A stretch of 64,000 nucleotides of DNA from the human T2T-CHM13v2.0 reference genome, Homo sapiens. Below the pieces are notes generated by a model. That model was not told the DNA's origin. It saw only the letters and a list, made by a program, of their open reading frames with translations, and made no database searches. The position numbers and the translations under genes were made by a program. Positions 13,831-27,141 of this stretch are shown in pieces. The stretch lies in the NCBI RefSeq assembly GCF_009914755.1, contig NC_060926.1; one strand, 5' to 3'. Within the stretch, counting starts at the first letter, position 1. Every line of letters starts with the position of its first letter.

Positions 13831-15258
13831 TTGTACTCCCAGGAGGCACTGCAGTCACCTCCTTTATCCCAAAACTGCAGAAAGTTCAAGGAATTGAAAG
13901 GTACACCCAGACTTGAGAGCCTTGAGGTGTAGACAGAGCCACTTATCTGGGGTGAATTGGTGAACTCGATTTGGCACATCCTCATCCCACAGTGAACAGA
14001 TCGTTCATTTTGGAGACAGTCACAAAAATCAAAAGCTCAAGCAGGTTATTAATACCCTAGCAAGTCTTCCCAGAAGAGGGCTAATGCTGATTTATTTATC
14101 TCATCTGTGCTTTCTTTTTTCCTGGCATTCTTTGATTTTTCACAACGCAGGTAATTCTACTCTGATCAGAACTCACTCAAGTTGCCCAATGAATTTCAAT
14201 TGCCAGTTTTAGTTTTCCAACTGGCCTCTCCTCCCCGGACATCCATGCGATTTCCAAACTGAGATTAAACCTCAGTGTTTCTGACTCCCCACAACCCCAT
14301 CCCCCAAATCCATCTGCTCTTCCCCCAGTCCTTCCCGTTTTCTGTAGTAATAAGGCCATGGTCAGCAGGAAGGAAAGAGGCTGATGTCATCAGACAATCC
14401 TCTAATCCTTCTGGAGCCCAGAAATGACTGACCTTTTGTTATGCATAAAATCCACTCCTACATCCTAACTTGGAGGGACCGGAAGGCAAAGGAGTCCTTT
14501 AAACTGATTGTCTTGCTTCTTACAAATCATTTTTTCACATTATTTTGTCAGCTCTACTTTCTTTCAGGTTCCCAGTAAAACCAACTAAAATAACAGCTTC
14601 TGACTTCACCTTCAGAGGATAAAGTATATATAAAACCAACTTTCAGACGTAATTTTCTGGGTGTTGATTAGAGCACATTCATCAAGATAATGTTTAATTG
14701 GAGAGCTCTGTTAAGCATATCATTGGCACAGAATCGCCCTAAATAGCTGCTGGTAATAAGCTGAGTTCTCAGTTTCCACATGTGCAGGAATATGTCTCCA
14801 TTCTGTCTTCAGGCCTCCTGGAGGAAGTACTCTGTTTATGTTTTTGGTACATTTTATGCCTCATCGGGAGCTAGAAATGAAACCCTTTGAATATGAGGTT
14901 TTCTCTCTCCCATGCTACAAGTTCAGAGCCAGCGTCAAAGGTATCTGTCTCTGTGTTAGCACTCTTTCCAGAACCCTTATAAACATCTTTGCCTTTGGTT
15001 CAGTTCTTCGTTTTAATGAATGTGAGATTTCTCGTTAAATACATTGCTCATCTGTAGACAGATGCATAAGAGAAGCTCAATGTAACAAGCTCATCTTTCC
15101 CTGTAAATTGCTCTTCCTCTCATATGCATTATACTAATTCGGGAATGCCAGCATTCCGCTAGTCCGAGTTGGCCAACTTTTCCTGTAAAGGGCCAGAAAA
15201 TAAATATTTTGGGCTTTGGGGCCTCTGTCACAGCTACTCATCTGTGCTGTTGTAGTGT

Positions 15259-15903
15259 TGTTACTGGTGGAGGGTCTCCAGGTTCTTGGCATCTTGAACA
15301 AAGAGTTGGACAAAACCCACAAAGCGAGGAAACAATGAAGCAACAAAAGCAGAGATTTCTTGAAAATGAAAGTACACTCCACAGGGTGGGAGCAGGCAGA
15401 AGCAAGTGGCTCAAGGGCCCAGTTACAGAATTTTCTAGGGTTTAAATACCCTCTAGAGGTTTTCCATTGGTTACTTGGTGTACAAGTATGTAAATGAAGT
15501 AGTGGCCTATGATCAGTCTGATTGGTTGCAGGAAGGAACCAATCAGAGACTGAAGCAAAGTTATAAAGTTACCCCTTATGCAAATGTATGATTGGTTGCA
15601 GAAAGTGACCAATCAGAGGCTGAAGTGAAGTTACAAAGTTATACTCCTATGCAAATGAAGACTTGGCCCGCAACCAGCCTTACTGGTTGCAGGAGGGGAC
15701 CAATCAGAGGTACCTTCAATTTCTCATCTGCCACACAGAAAAAGGTGGGGGCGGGGGTAGGGGAGTGGTTGCGAAGGGAGTAGCCGCTGGTCCTTTTGTT
15801 ACTTGGGTGTGGAAAATTGGGGTTTTCCTTTTGATTTACTTCTAGGAAGTCAGCGTGAATTGGCCTTAGGTTCCCTGCCTCCAGACCCTATTCTCCTGCC
15901 TCA
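15259..15903 (-). mobile_element. MER51 ERV1 solo LTR
   Basis: Minus strand starts TGAGGCAGGAGAATAGGGTCTGGAGGCAGGGAACC; 4-bp TSD GTGT; CCAAT and octamer repeats. Confidence 0.85.
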
Positions 15904-15904
15904 G

Positions 15905-16754
15905 TGTCAGAGGCGTTCAAACCAGAGCAACTCCACAAGGTATGGGTCATAAAGGCCTTACTGATAAAACAGGGTGCAGTAAAGATGCTGGCCAAATCCC
16001 ACCAAAACTAAGATGGTGATGAGAGTGATCTCTGGTCATCCTCACTGCTCATTATATGTTAATTATAATAACATTAGCATGCTAAAAGATACTCCCACCA
16101 GCGCCATGACAGTTTACAAATGTCATGGCAATGTCCCTATATACTCTAAAAAGGGGAGGAACCCGTGGTTCTGGGAATTGCTTGCCCTTTTGTGGAAAAC
16201 TCATGAATAATCCATTCCTTGTGTAGCATATAATCAAGAAATAACCATAAAAATAGCCAACCAGCAGCTCTTGAAGCTGCTCTGTCTATGCAGTAGTCAT
16301 TCTTTTGTTTCGTGGGTTTTTATTTTTATTTTGGGTTTTTGTTTTTGTTTTTTTTTTTGAGACAGGGTCTTACTCTGACTCCCAGGCTAGAGTGCAGTGA
16401 CAGTGATGTGCTGCAACCTCCACCTCCCAGGCTCAAGCAATCCTCCTGCCTCAGCCTCCCGGAGTAGCTGGGACTACGGGTGTTTGCCACCATGCCCGGC
16501 TAAGTTTTGTGTTCTTAGTAGAGACAGAGTTTCCCCTTGTTGCTTAGGCTGGTCTCGAACTCCTGAGCTCAAGTGATCCACCCGCCTCAGCTTCCCAAAG
16601 TGCTGGGATTACAGGCATGAGCAAATCTTTAGTTTCTTTACTTCTCTAATAAACTTGCTTTCACTTTACTCTGTGGACTCACCTTGAATTCTTTCTTGGG
16701 CAAGATCCAAAAACCCTCTCTTGGGGTTTGGATTGGGACCCCTTTCTGCTAACA
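15905..16754 (+). mobile_element. MER41(B-like) ERV1 solo LTR with internal deletion and an Alu
   Basis: TGTCAGAGGCGTTCAAACCAGAGC start, ...CTAACA end; TSD GTAG at 15252-15255 and 16755-16758. Confidence 0.88.
16312..16622 (-). mobile_element. AluJ inside MER41
   Basis: Reverse dimer; TSD TCTTT(T/A)GTTTC. Confidence 0.9.
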
Positions 16755-16836
16755 GTAGTGTGAAAGCAATGATAGACAATACATAAACGAATGGTGTAGT
16801 AGTGATCCAATAAAATTTCATTTACAAAAGCAGGTG

Positions 16837-17177
16837 TGAGATGGGCTGAATGTTTATGTCCTCCCAAAATTCCTATGTTGAAATCCTAACCCCCAAGGTG
16901 AAGGTGTTAGGAGGTAGGGCCTTTGGGGGGTGATTGGGTCATGAGGGTTGGATTAGTGTCCCTATTAAAAGAGATCCCTCATCCCTTCTATCATATGAGG
17001 ACACAGCAAGAACGCACAGTCTATGAAACAGGAAGCAGGCCTTTACCAGGAACCAAATCTATGGGTGTCTTCATCTCAGACTTCCCAGCATCCAGAACTA
17101 TGAGAAATAAAGTTCTGTTGTTTATAAACCACCCAGTCTGTGGTCTTTTTTTACAGCAGCCTGAATGGACTAAGATA
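16837..17177 (+). mobile_element. MLT1A MaLR LTR
   Basis: gggctgaatgtttatgtcctcccaaaattc...gaatggactaagata. Confidence 0.85.
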
Positions 17178-17480
17178 AGTTAGTTACCCAGAGTTGGCCC
17201 TGGGTTTATAGTTTGCCAACCCTTGTGATCGGAAGCCTGGGAGCCATCCATATTTCCTTCCCTCTTTCACCTGACACATCCAATTAATAGATAAGTCTGC
17301 CAATCTTACCTCCCAAGTATTTCTGAAATCTGCTCTTGTTTGCCATCTTTAAGTTCTTACTTCACTTTAAAGAAATTGCACGTGCAAATTATAGAAGAAG
17401 CAAGAAAGACAAAGGGGAATGCCAACCAGTGTTCAAAGAAAATTGCTCCTGCATCAAAAGATTGGAGAAAAAAATGCTTA

Positions 17481-18715
17481 CCGTATTTCATCAAATCTGA
17501 GAAACCATTGATTTTAAAATGTACATTATTTTATGCATGCCACCAAGAAGGAATAACTGCAGCCAAAATGATAATCAAAGATTTCTTATCACTTAAAATT
17601 TTTATTTTATACTTCTGGGAAGAATTGTTTTAGACAAAGAAAATATAGATTTTTGTGATAAATCAGTATGTAACATATATATACATACATACATATATGT
17701 TACACACTTTCTAAACTTCTCTTGTTTCTTGCCACACCCCTCTTCCCTAGCACAAGGAGGGGCTCTCTCTGGAATGTCCTTATCTGACTGAGGAAACTTC
17801 TTTCAGAAGAAATGCAATTGTCTTAAAACCTGTTCCTAGGAATCTCATCAAATAACCAGGAAACAGCAGAGAAGAGAAAAGACTAAAAGTCATCGCCAGG
17901 CCCAGATAGACTTTTCCTCTATTCTTCTGAGGGCAGCTCCCAGATATTACCTGTGAAACTCTCTCCATAACAAGACAACCTTTGTTAACAGTGAAGTGTT
18001 GCCCCTCACCTTCCCATAATTTGTCACCACCTCCCCCAGAGCTCAGAAGAATTTTGTCTCAGGCCACTGTCTGGGAGCTGAAGATCATTTATTACCAGTC
18101 AAAATCGCCTCCATTACCCTATCTCCCACTCCTCTATGAAGAGGGTGCTATTTAGGCTTCAGCTGTTTGGCCTTTCTTTGAGTCTCCTAGTTTTTATGAT
18201 TCCCATTCCTACACATGTGAATAAATTTGGATACCTTTCCTCCTGTTAATCTATCATCAGCTCATTTCAGCAGGGGAGGGAAAATTCATAGAGGGAGGAA
18301 AAATTCTCCCCAACCCTACCATACATCATTTTCCTTCTGGAGTCACAGAGGCCTTTCAACTTGATATCCTCCCCTGAGCCATCGAGGGTGATAGCAATGC
18401 AGCATTTCTTCAAAGAGCACTCCACAATTGTTTCTAAGAATTCTCTGTAGCCCCTTGGAAACCCATTCAGCATGTTTTAATGCTGTCATGTTCTTGATCT
18501 TGCTGGAAGGTGTCAAGGGAATGTTTTCCAACAACAGTCAGGACTCATATTCCTTCCTCAAAGAGTCCTTTAATGGTTGGAGGCTAAAACATTGAGGAGT
18601 TGCAGTTGACCAGTTGTGCCACCAGGAAGAGCTAACTAACAGGTCGAAGGCTGGCAATGACAACCACATCTTGAATTTGTCTGTGATTACAAAACAATGT
18701 CAATTTCAGAGATGT

Positions 18716-18749
<34 letters not shown>

Positions 18750-18775
18750 GTGTGTCTTAGCATCCATGAAATTGA
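17481..18775 (-). mobile_element. TcMar-Tc2 (Kanga/MER104-like) DNA transposon with transposase remnant
   Basis: CCGTATTTCATC-type TIRs at both ends; minus frames read LPGGTTGQLQLLNV..PLKDSLRKEYES*..LTPSSKIK..EWVS..IVECSLKKCCI..LDGSGED (pogo DDE C-terminus). Confidence 0.75.
17715..18320 (+). mobile_element. MER34/MER39-group ERV1 LTR inserted in the Tc2 element
   Basis: ctattcttctgagggcagctcc..cataacaagacaacc..gaataaatttg..tcctgttaatct; 5' end indistinct. Confidence 0.7.
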
Positions 18776-18902
18776 TATATAGTTTAAGTTACCACAAATG
18801 TTTATGGCATGTATGTAATCTTTTTTATGTTTTCCATACTGCAATCAGCTTTTTTGATTAACTAACTGCTAGTCACTCTTATCTATAAAAAAAAAAAAAG
18901 AA

Positions 18903-19282
<380 letters not shown>

Positions 19283-19714
19283 TTAGAGCTTAAGGCCTTT
19301 CTTTGGATGAGTATGTTACTAGCAGTTAGGCTATCTCACTGTGGCAAATAAAGCGGAAAAAAAAAAAGAAATTTGTTTTTTTCCCAAAACCCCCCCACTG
19401 GGCTTGAAAATTCTTGTTCCACTATTGATTTGGTTTTAAAACACACAGCCATGAAGACAGGATGAGCATTAACATTCTTAGGCCCAATTTTTCTAGTCCA
19501 AAGATTACACCATTACTTCAAATTAGTGAAGTTTTGAGGGACTCACGAGTCTCAAAAGGGAAGCATTGTCTCCTAGACAAAGCCCTCAGGTCCTATGAGG
19601 TTGGAACATTCTTCTAGATACACCCCTAGGAGGGCACCTGCACCCAGGGAGGAAAGCACCTGGGGCACTGAGGCTTATGCAGAACTCAGTTCCCCATCAG
19701 AAGCTTGCACTGGT

Positions 19715-20001
19715 GGCTGGGAGAGGTGGCTCATGCCTGTAATCCCAGCACTTTGGGAGGCCACGGCGGGTGGATAGCTTGAGGCCAGGAGTTCGAGACC
19801 AGCCTAGCCAACATGGCAAAACCCCATCCTCTCTACTAAAAATACAAAAATTAGCTGGGTGTGGTGGCACACACCTATAATCCCAGCCACTTGGGAAGCT
19901 GAAGCAGGAGAATTGCTTGAACCCGGGAGGCAGAGGTTGCAGTGAGCCAAGATATCACACCACTGCACTCCAGTCTGGGTGACAGAGTAAGACTCTGTCT
20001 C

Positions 20002-20030
<29 letters not shown>
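19715..20030 (+). mobile_element. AluS with A29 tail
   Basis: Full dimer; TSD AG(A/G)AGCTTGCACTG. Confidence 0.94.
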
Positions 20031-20032
<2 letters not shown>

Positions 20033-22000
20033 AGCTTGCACTGTCTCCAACTTCCTTCTAGAATTAATTGCTAGTTCAGCTACTGAATGCAGACACAGGG
20101 CCACTATATAACAGTAAAGCTAGAAGGAACCTCAGAGAGCCAAACCCCAAAAGCTCTAGTTGGGAAGATGGGAGAAAAGTGAATTTGCCTGTGGGATCAC
20201 TCCTGGTCACAGGTAGAGTGTCCAGTCCCTAAGCTGGTGTCTTACTCCCCACATCTTGTGACTGGTGGTAGCAAAATTCTTTCATTCTTCAGTAAGACAA
20301 TGTTTTGGCTGTTAAAATAAAAGGCCCCCCCAAGCCTAAACTCTAGAATAGGAAATAATCTTTTTTTTCCCTTTGAAATGTGGATGAGAGTAGCGCTGCC
20401 AAAAATTCTCCAAGACCTCTTCTTTTAAGCTTTAAATGGAATTAATTAAATCACTTGAAAAATAAATACAATCATCTGATTTTCTTGTGTTACTAAAAGA
20501 TTTTCGAAAGAAAGGCAGCACAGCTAGCCCAGGCAATGGCTGGATGAAGTCACAGAGCTTCCAGTTCTAACGCTCTGCATGGGAACTGCTGCTGATACAA
20601 TGAAACAAAGTTAATGGTGAGCTCATTACTGCCTTTTTCACAAGAGCCGAAATAATCCTGAGCTGACTTGTGTGTGCCCAGGCCACTTGCCGATCGGTGT
20701 GAAGGGATGCTGGGGGCCGGAGGGAAAGAGGAAGGCGGGGGTCACTTTTCTCTGTCTTACTTCAGCTGTAAATTTTCTGGGCTATACGACCGTGACAACT
20801 GATTTATTTTTCATTTAATACAGATTTATTCTGTGAAGCTTTGAACACTCACTGACTCAGAATGGAGAATTTTCAGTTTAACAAAGCAAACACTCAATAA
20901 ATATTATTGGATATGAAATTTGTTAATCTGCACTTCCCCTGTTTGGAGATAACCATATTTTCTGCTGCCCCATTTGACAGAACTCCAACCTCTAGCATTT
21001 CAATGTTAATCTGAAAGGGTAAGTGATCGGAGCTCATAACCTATTTTCTTTTCAGACAAGACTGACGTTATAAAAAAAAAAAAAATCATACTCTTAAAAT
21101 CGCCCAAAGAACAAGCCAGGAATGCCTGGGGAATCTAATCAGATCTATTATGCTAACTATAAAGACATCCCTGCCCCCAACTCCTCAAGAAAAGATCTTA
21201 AGAAAGTTGAAATCAAATTGCCAAGCCTAATGGATTCCCTGTGTGACTAAATCATTGTATTATTTCTCATGTTTGAAGAGATACACAAATTTCACGGACA
21301 GGCTTAGATACTCCTGCTTGAACAGCTGTTGCCCTATCACTGTGTCTAAGGTCAGGTTCATCAATGGTGGGGCCCAGCAGTTCTTACTCAAGTGGACTGA
21401 ATGCATGAAAGAGTTTTCTGTTGACATTATTCTGATGCTTCTAGGAAACCCCTCCTCACCCTGTCCCAGGGAAGATTCCACCCCTTCATGATGGGCGGTG
21501 AAGGGGATTAAAGGAATGGGGTGGATGAAAGCTCTTTCATCTGAGAGTCTGAATAGCACAGAATGGTTTTCAAGGTCATCCAGAAGTACCAAATCTGCCC
21601 TGCCCCACCAACATGGCTTCCAACCCTCACCTTTATTTCCAACAATTTGCTGCTTCTTGGTCACCATTTTTTATGCCAACTCCAAAGAGAATACTAAATA
21701 AGCAGTCTTAAATCCTTTTGGGGAGAGAGTGGGATAAATACCTTCAACAAATAACACTAACAAGCTTTTGATCTTCCACTTTTCTTTTCTGGTATCTCAC
21801 ATTGACCATCCTCACCTCCCAGCTGCACCCTCAGAAGCAAAACCTCAAGTGGCCCTTAAGTCCCTGGGCATAAGATTAAGTTCCTTTACTCTTTAATTCC
21901 ACTTACTACATTTTAATGTTTAAAATATATATCATTTAATAAATATTAGATAATGAAACAAATATGATTATACAGTTTCCTAATTGTAAACCTTTATATG

Positions 22001-22464
22001 TGCCACGTGCATCCGTGTGAAGAGACCACCAAACAGGCTTTGTGTGAGCAACAAGGCTGTTTATTTCACCTGGGTGCAGGCAGGCTGAGTCCGAAAAGAG
22101 AGTCAGCAAAGGGTGGTGGGATTATCATTAGTTCTTATAGGTTTTGGGATAGGCGGTGGAGTTAGGAGCAATGTTTTGTGGGCAGGGGGTGGATCTCACA
22201 AAGTACATTCTCAAGGGTGGGGAGAATTGCAAAGAACCTTCTTAAGGGTGGGGGAGATTATAAAGAACCTTCTTAAGGGTGGGGGAGATCACAAAGTACA
22301 TTGATCAGTTAGGGTGGGGCAGAAACAAATCACAATGGTGGAATGTCATCAGTTAAGGCTATTTTCACTTCTTTTGTGGAGCTTCAGTTGCTTCAGGCCA
22401 TCTGGATGTGTACGTGCAGGTCACAGGGGATATGATGGCTTAGCTTGGGCTCAGAGGCCTGACA
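22001..22464 (-). mobile_element. LTR7-family (HERV-H) solo LTR
   Basis: Minus strand starts TGTCAGGCCTCTGAGCCCAAGC; perfect 5-bp TSD ATATG; internal U3 repeats. Confidence 0.93.
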
Positions 22465-23158
22465 ATATGTACAATCTTAATAGTACAATATGGAATTCAA
22501 TTTTTTCACATGGGTTCTAACTAGGGTTAATACACTTCTTGGCTATAGAGGGGACCTCTTTATTGGAACTCAGACAGGGATCAAATCCTCTCTTTCCTTT
22601 TTATGAACCCTAAGTAAACACTAATTATAATGTGATGCCCAAAGCTTAAAATTAGCTACTCAGGGAGGCCTTTGTTCTGACCATTTTTACCTGTTTCTAT
22701 CAAATTATTTCCATTCTCCAACATCAGTTTTAGTTCTATTTAAGTAGGAATTACCCAAAAAATTATATCTACTTATTAGAGAATGAAATCAGAAAGTACC
22801 CTGACTACATCTCCAACTCTTCCTTTTTCTATCAGGTTGTCATTTGAAATGGACAAAGGAAAGAAAAGACAGTTCGGAGTTGAAAAGGAGAAGTGCGGCA
22901 GCCTGGGAGGGTTTGTTATGCTTGGCAATGAGGAGATGATCAGAAGGTCGGAAGCCTGGCCTCCGTCTGTGCAGAGAGCGCGGGCCCAGCATACAGATGG
23001 CAGGTCGGTGTCTGAGAGCCCAGCCTCAGCCTGGAGCCCGTGGGCAAGGAGAGGGCACCAAATGAAGAACTGACGCAGCTCCAATGAGTGGAGGAACACC
23101 AGGTTCTTAGTCTCCAGTCGAATTAGATAAAATGACACAGACACACGTGGAGTGGTTT

Positions 23159-23916
23159 TGAGAGACAGGACTAGCTGGATTTCCTAGGCCGACTAAGAAT
23201 CCCTAAGCCTAGCTGTGAAGGTGACGGCTTCCACCTTTAAACACGGGGCTTGCAACTTAGCTCACACCCAGCCAATCAGATAGTAAAGAGAGCTCACTAA
23301 AATGCTAATTAGGCAAAAACAGGAGGTAAAGAAATAGCCAATCATCCATCACCTGAGAGCACAGCGGGAGGGAGAATGATCAGGATATAAACTCAGGCAT
23401 TCGAGCCAGCAACGGCTACCCTCTTTGGGTCCCCTCCCTTTGTATGGGAGCTCTGTTTTCACTCTATTAAATCTTGCAACTGCACTCTCTTCTGGTCCGT
23501 GTTTGCTACAGCTAGAGCTGAGCTTTGGCTCACCGTCCACCACTGCTATTTGCCACCACCGCAGAACCCCGCTGACTTCCATCCCTCCGGATCCAGCAGG
23601 GTGTCCGCTGTTCTCCTGATCCAGCGAGGCGCCCATTGCCGCTCCCGATCAGGCTAAAGGCTTGCCATTGTTCCTGCACAGCTAAGTGCCTGGGTTCATC
23701 CTAATCGAGCTGAACACTAGTCACTGGGTTCCATGGTTCTCTTCCATGACCCACGGCTTCTAATAGAGCTGTAACACTCATCGCATGGACCAAGATTCCA
23801 TTCCTTGGCATCCGTGAGGCCAAGAACCCCAGATCAGAGAACATAAGGCTTGCCACCATCTTGGAAGCGCCCACCGCCGTCTTGGGAGCTCTGGGAGCAA
23901 GGACCCCCTGGTAACA
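23159..23916 (+). mobile_element. LTR17 (HERV-W) solo LTR
   Basis: TGAGAGACAGGACTAGCTGGATTTCCTAGGCCG...GGTAACA; CCAAT, TATAAA, ATTAAA; TSD G(T/C)TT. Confidence 0.93.
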
Positions 23917-24369
23917 GCTTTAAGGAGCAGAGAGTTTAATACACAAGAAAGAACAGAGAAGGCAGAAGGAAGCAGCTCCCAGTACAGAGACGGGGGGGCG
24001 GGGGGGTGGGGGCAAAGCCAAGAGAGGGAACCCCACCTTCCACCTATACCAACCAGGTATATATACAGAGGCTGGAGGAAGCAGTGTCTCAGGGGATTGG
24101 TTTGACTAGGCATGTCATTCACGTAGCCCATGAAAAAGCTGGCCCTCCCACCCTAGCCTTTTAATATGCAAATACAGGGCACTATGATGTTCTACACACG
24201 TGGGGATATGGCCATGTTGCCAGGCACATGTGGGGCAATGGCAAAAAGAAGAGGGTGGGAATCGCCATGTTGGGCGGACCCAGTTTCTAATGGCCGGCGC
24301 TTGCATAGCTCTAAGAGCTGGGGCTTTCCAGGAAACTTTTCCAGAGATGCTTTAAATAATGAAAACTTT

Positions 24370-24691
<322 letters not shown>

Positions 24692-24895
24692 CTATCTGCC
24701 TAAAACAATTTATTAATAAGTTATATCACAGAAATTGGAAGGAAAAGGGAAGAGAGTGGTTTCTGACACTCACACATGCATTTAGAACAAGGTTCGAGGG
24801 TGTGCCTAACTAAGTATGGAAAGAGCTTCAGACTCCAGGAAGTTGCCCAGGACCCAGTCTTCCCTCTGCCACCGTGTGAGCTTGCTGTTGCCACC

Positions 24896-25632
24896 TGTGT
24901 TGGTCTGCTCAGCTGCCGTCACAAAACACCACAGGCTAGGGGGCAAAAAACAATAGACATGTATTTTTCACACTTCTGGAGTCTGCACATCCAAGGTGAG
25001 CATGGTCAGTTTCTGGTGCAGACCCTCTTCCTGGCTTGCAGACAGCTTCCTTCTCCCTGTGTCCTCACATGGCCCCTACTGATGTTAGAGAATGCAAGTA
25101 AGAGAGACTGAGCTCTCTGGTGTCTCTTCTTAAAAAGACACTAATCCCCTCAGACCAGGGGGCACTCCCCTCCTGACCTCTTCTAACCCTAATTGTCCCC
25201 AAAGGCCCCATCTCCAAATACCATCACATTAGGGGTTAGGACTTTCATATGGTTTGGCTGTATCCCCAACCAAATCTCATCTTGAATTCCCACATGTTGT
25301 GGAAGGGACCCAATGGGAGGTAATTGAATCATGGGGGCAGGTCTTTCCTGTGCTGTTCTCATGACAGTGAATAATTCTCACGAGATCCGATGGTTTTATA
25401 ATGGGGAGTTTTTCTGCACAAGCTCTCTTCTCTTGTCTGCCGCCATGTGAGATGTGCCTTTCACCTTCCACCATGACTGTGGGGCCTCCCCAACCACGTG
25501 GAACTATGAGTCCATTAAACTTCTTTTATAAATTCCCTAGTGTCAGGTATGTCCTTATCAGCACTGTGAAAATGAACTAGTACAGACTTCACCATATGAA
25601 TTTTGGGAGGGATACAGCATTTAGTCCATAAC
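24896..25632 (-). mobile_element. MLT1A MaLR LTR interrupted by THE1
   Basis: ccaaataccatcacattaggggttaggactt|caccatatgaattttggg continuity. Confidence 0.8.
25245..25584 (+). mobile_element. THE1B solo LTR
   Basis: Perfect 5-bp TSD GACTT; THE1 body. Confidence 0.9.
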
Positions 25633-25639
25633 ACAACCA

Positions 25640-26200
25640 TGTGCCATAAAATAACCAGTCACAAAGCCTCAGTGCCAAATAATAGCAAACTTTTTTTTTT
25701 TTTTTTTTTGAGACAGGGTCTCACTCTGTCACCCAGGCTGGAGGACAGTGGTACAACCTTGGCTCACTGCAACCCCTGCCTCCCCGGGCTCAAAGAATCC
25801 TCCCACCTCAGCCTCCCAAGCAGCTGGAATTACAGGTTCATGCCACCAGGCTTGGCTAATTTTTTAAATTTTTTGTAGAAATAAGGTCTCACTACATTGC
25901 CTAGGCTAACATTCATTTCTCCCATACCTATAAGGTTCACTGATCTCATCTGGACTCCCTTATGCATTTGGGGTCCAACCAGGGCCGAGCTCATCTGGAC
26001 TGGCTCAGCTGGGGCAGCTTAGCTCTGTGGCCCACACCTCTCTCCTCTGGCCTAGCCTTGTTCTTCTCATGGTGGTGGCAGAGGAGCAAGAGAGAAAGTC
26101 CTTTTCAAGTAGCTGGGTGTGTCCCATTTGTTAACATCTTATTGGCCAAAGCCAGTTCATACGTCTGAGCTCAGAATCAGATGGGAGGGCTATAAAGTCA
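25640..26200 (-). mobile_element. Old MLT1(G/H) LTR containing a truncated AluJ (25691-25906, -)
   Basis: tgttcttctcatggtggtggcagaggagcaagag..ttattggccaaagc. Confidence 0.6.
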
Positions 26201-26416
26201 CGCATCACACGTGCGACGCAAGTATGAGTGAAGAACTGGAGCCATCCTACTCATCCATGCCAGCCCAGATAGTGCTCAGATGACACCACCTCTCTGTAGC
26301 AGCTCTCTGAGGAGCACTGGAAAATCTAATACTCTTGCCAGATTCTGTGATGACTGTCTCAATATAATATTTAATGTATCATTTCATCCTACTGATGAAA
26401 TAGTTTCAAAGTTTTG

Positions 26417-26714
26417 ACTGGGCACTGTGGCTCACACCTGTAATCTCAGCACTTTGGGAGGCCACGGTGGGTGGATCACAAGGTCAGGAGTTCAAGACCA
26501 GACTAGCCAACAATAGTGAAACTCTGTCTCTACTAAAAATACAAAAATTAGCTGGGCATGGTGGCGCACACCTGTAATCCCAGCTACTCAGGAGGCTGAG
26601 GCAGGAGAATTGCTTGAACCCAGGACCTGGGAAGCGGAGGTTGCAGCAAGCCGAGATCATGCCACTGCACTCCAGCCTGGGCTAAAGAGCAATACTCCGT
26701 CTCCAAAAAAAAAA
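26417..26714 (+). mobile_element. AluS (Sg-like)
   Basis: Full dimer; GATCACAAGGTC 2-bp deletion. Confidence 0.93.
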
Positions 26715-26809
26715 GAGTTTTTTAACCCTAGTTAAATAGTATTTTAAGCAATATTTTTGACACATTTGGGAGGAGGGAGATTTTAAATCTATAGTGTTCA
26801 ATCAAGTCA

Positions 26810-27141
<332 letters not shown>

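Larger units (their letters stand above)
15168..17225 (+). mobile_element. MER58A DNA transposon split into three pieces (~15168-15255, 16755-16836, ~17190-17225)
   Basis: ttggccaacttttcctgtaaagggccag start, ccaataaaatttcatttacaaaagcagg middle, tagtttgccaaccc end. Confidence 0.8.
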
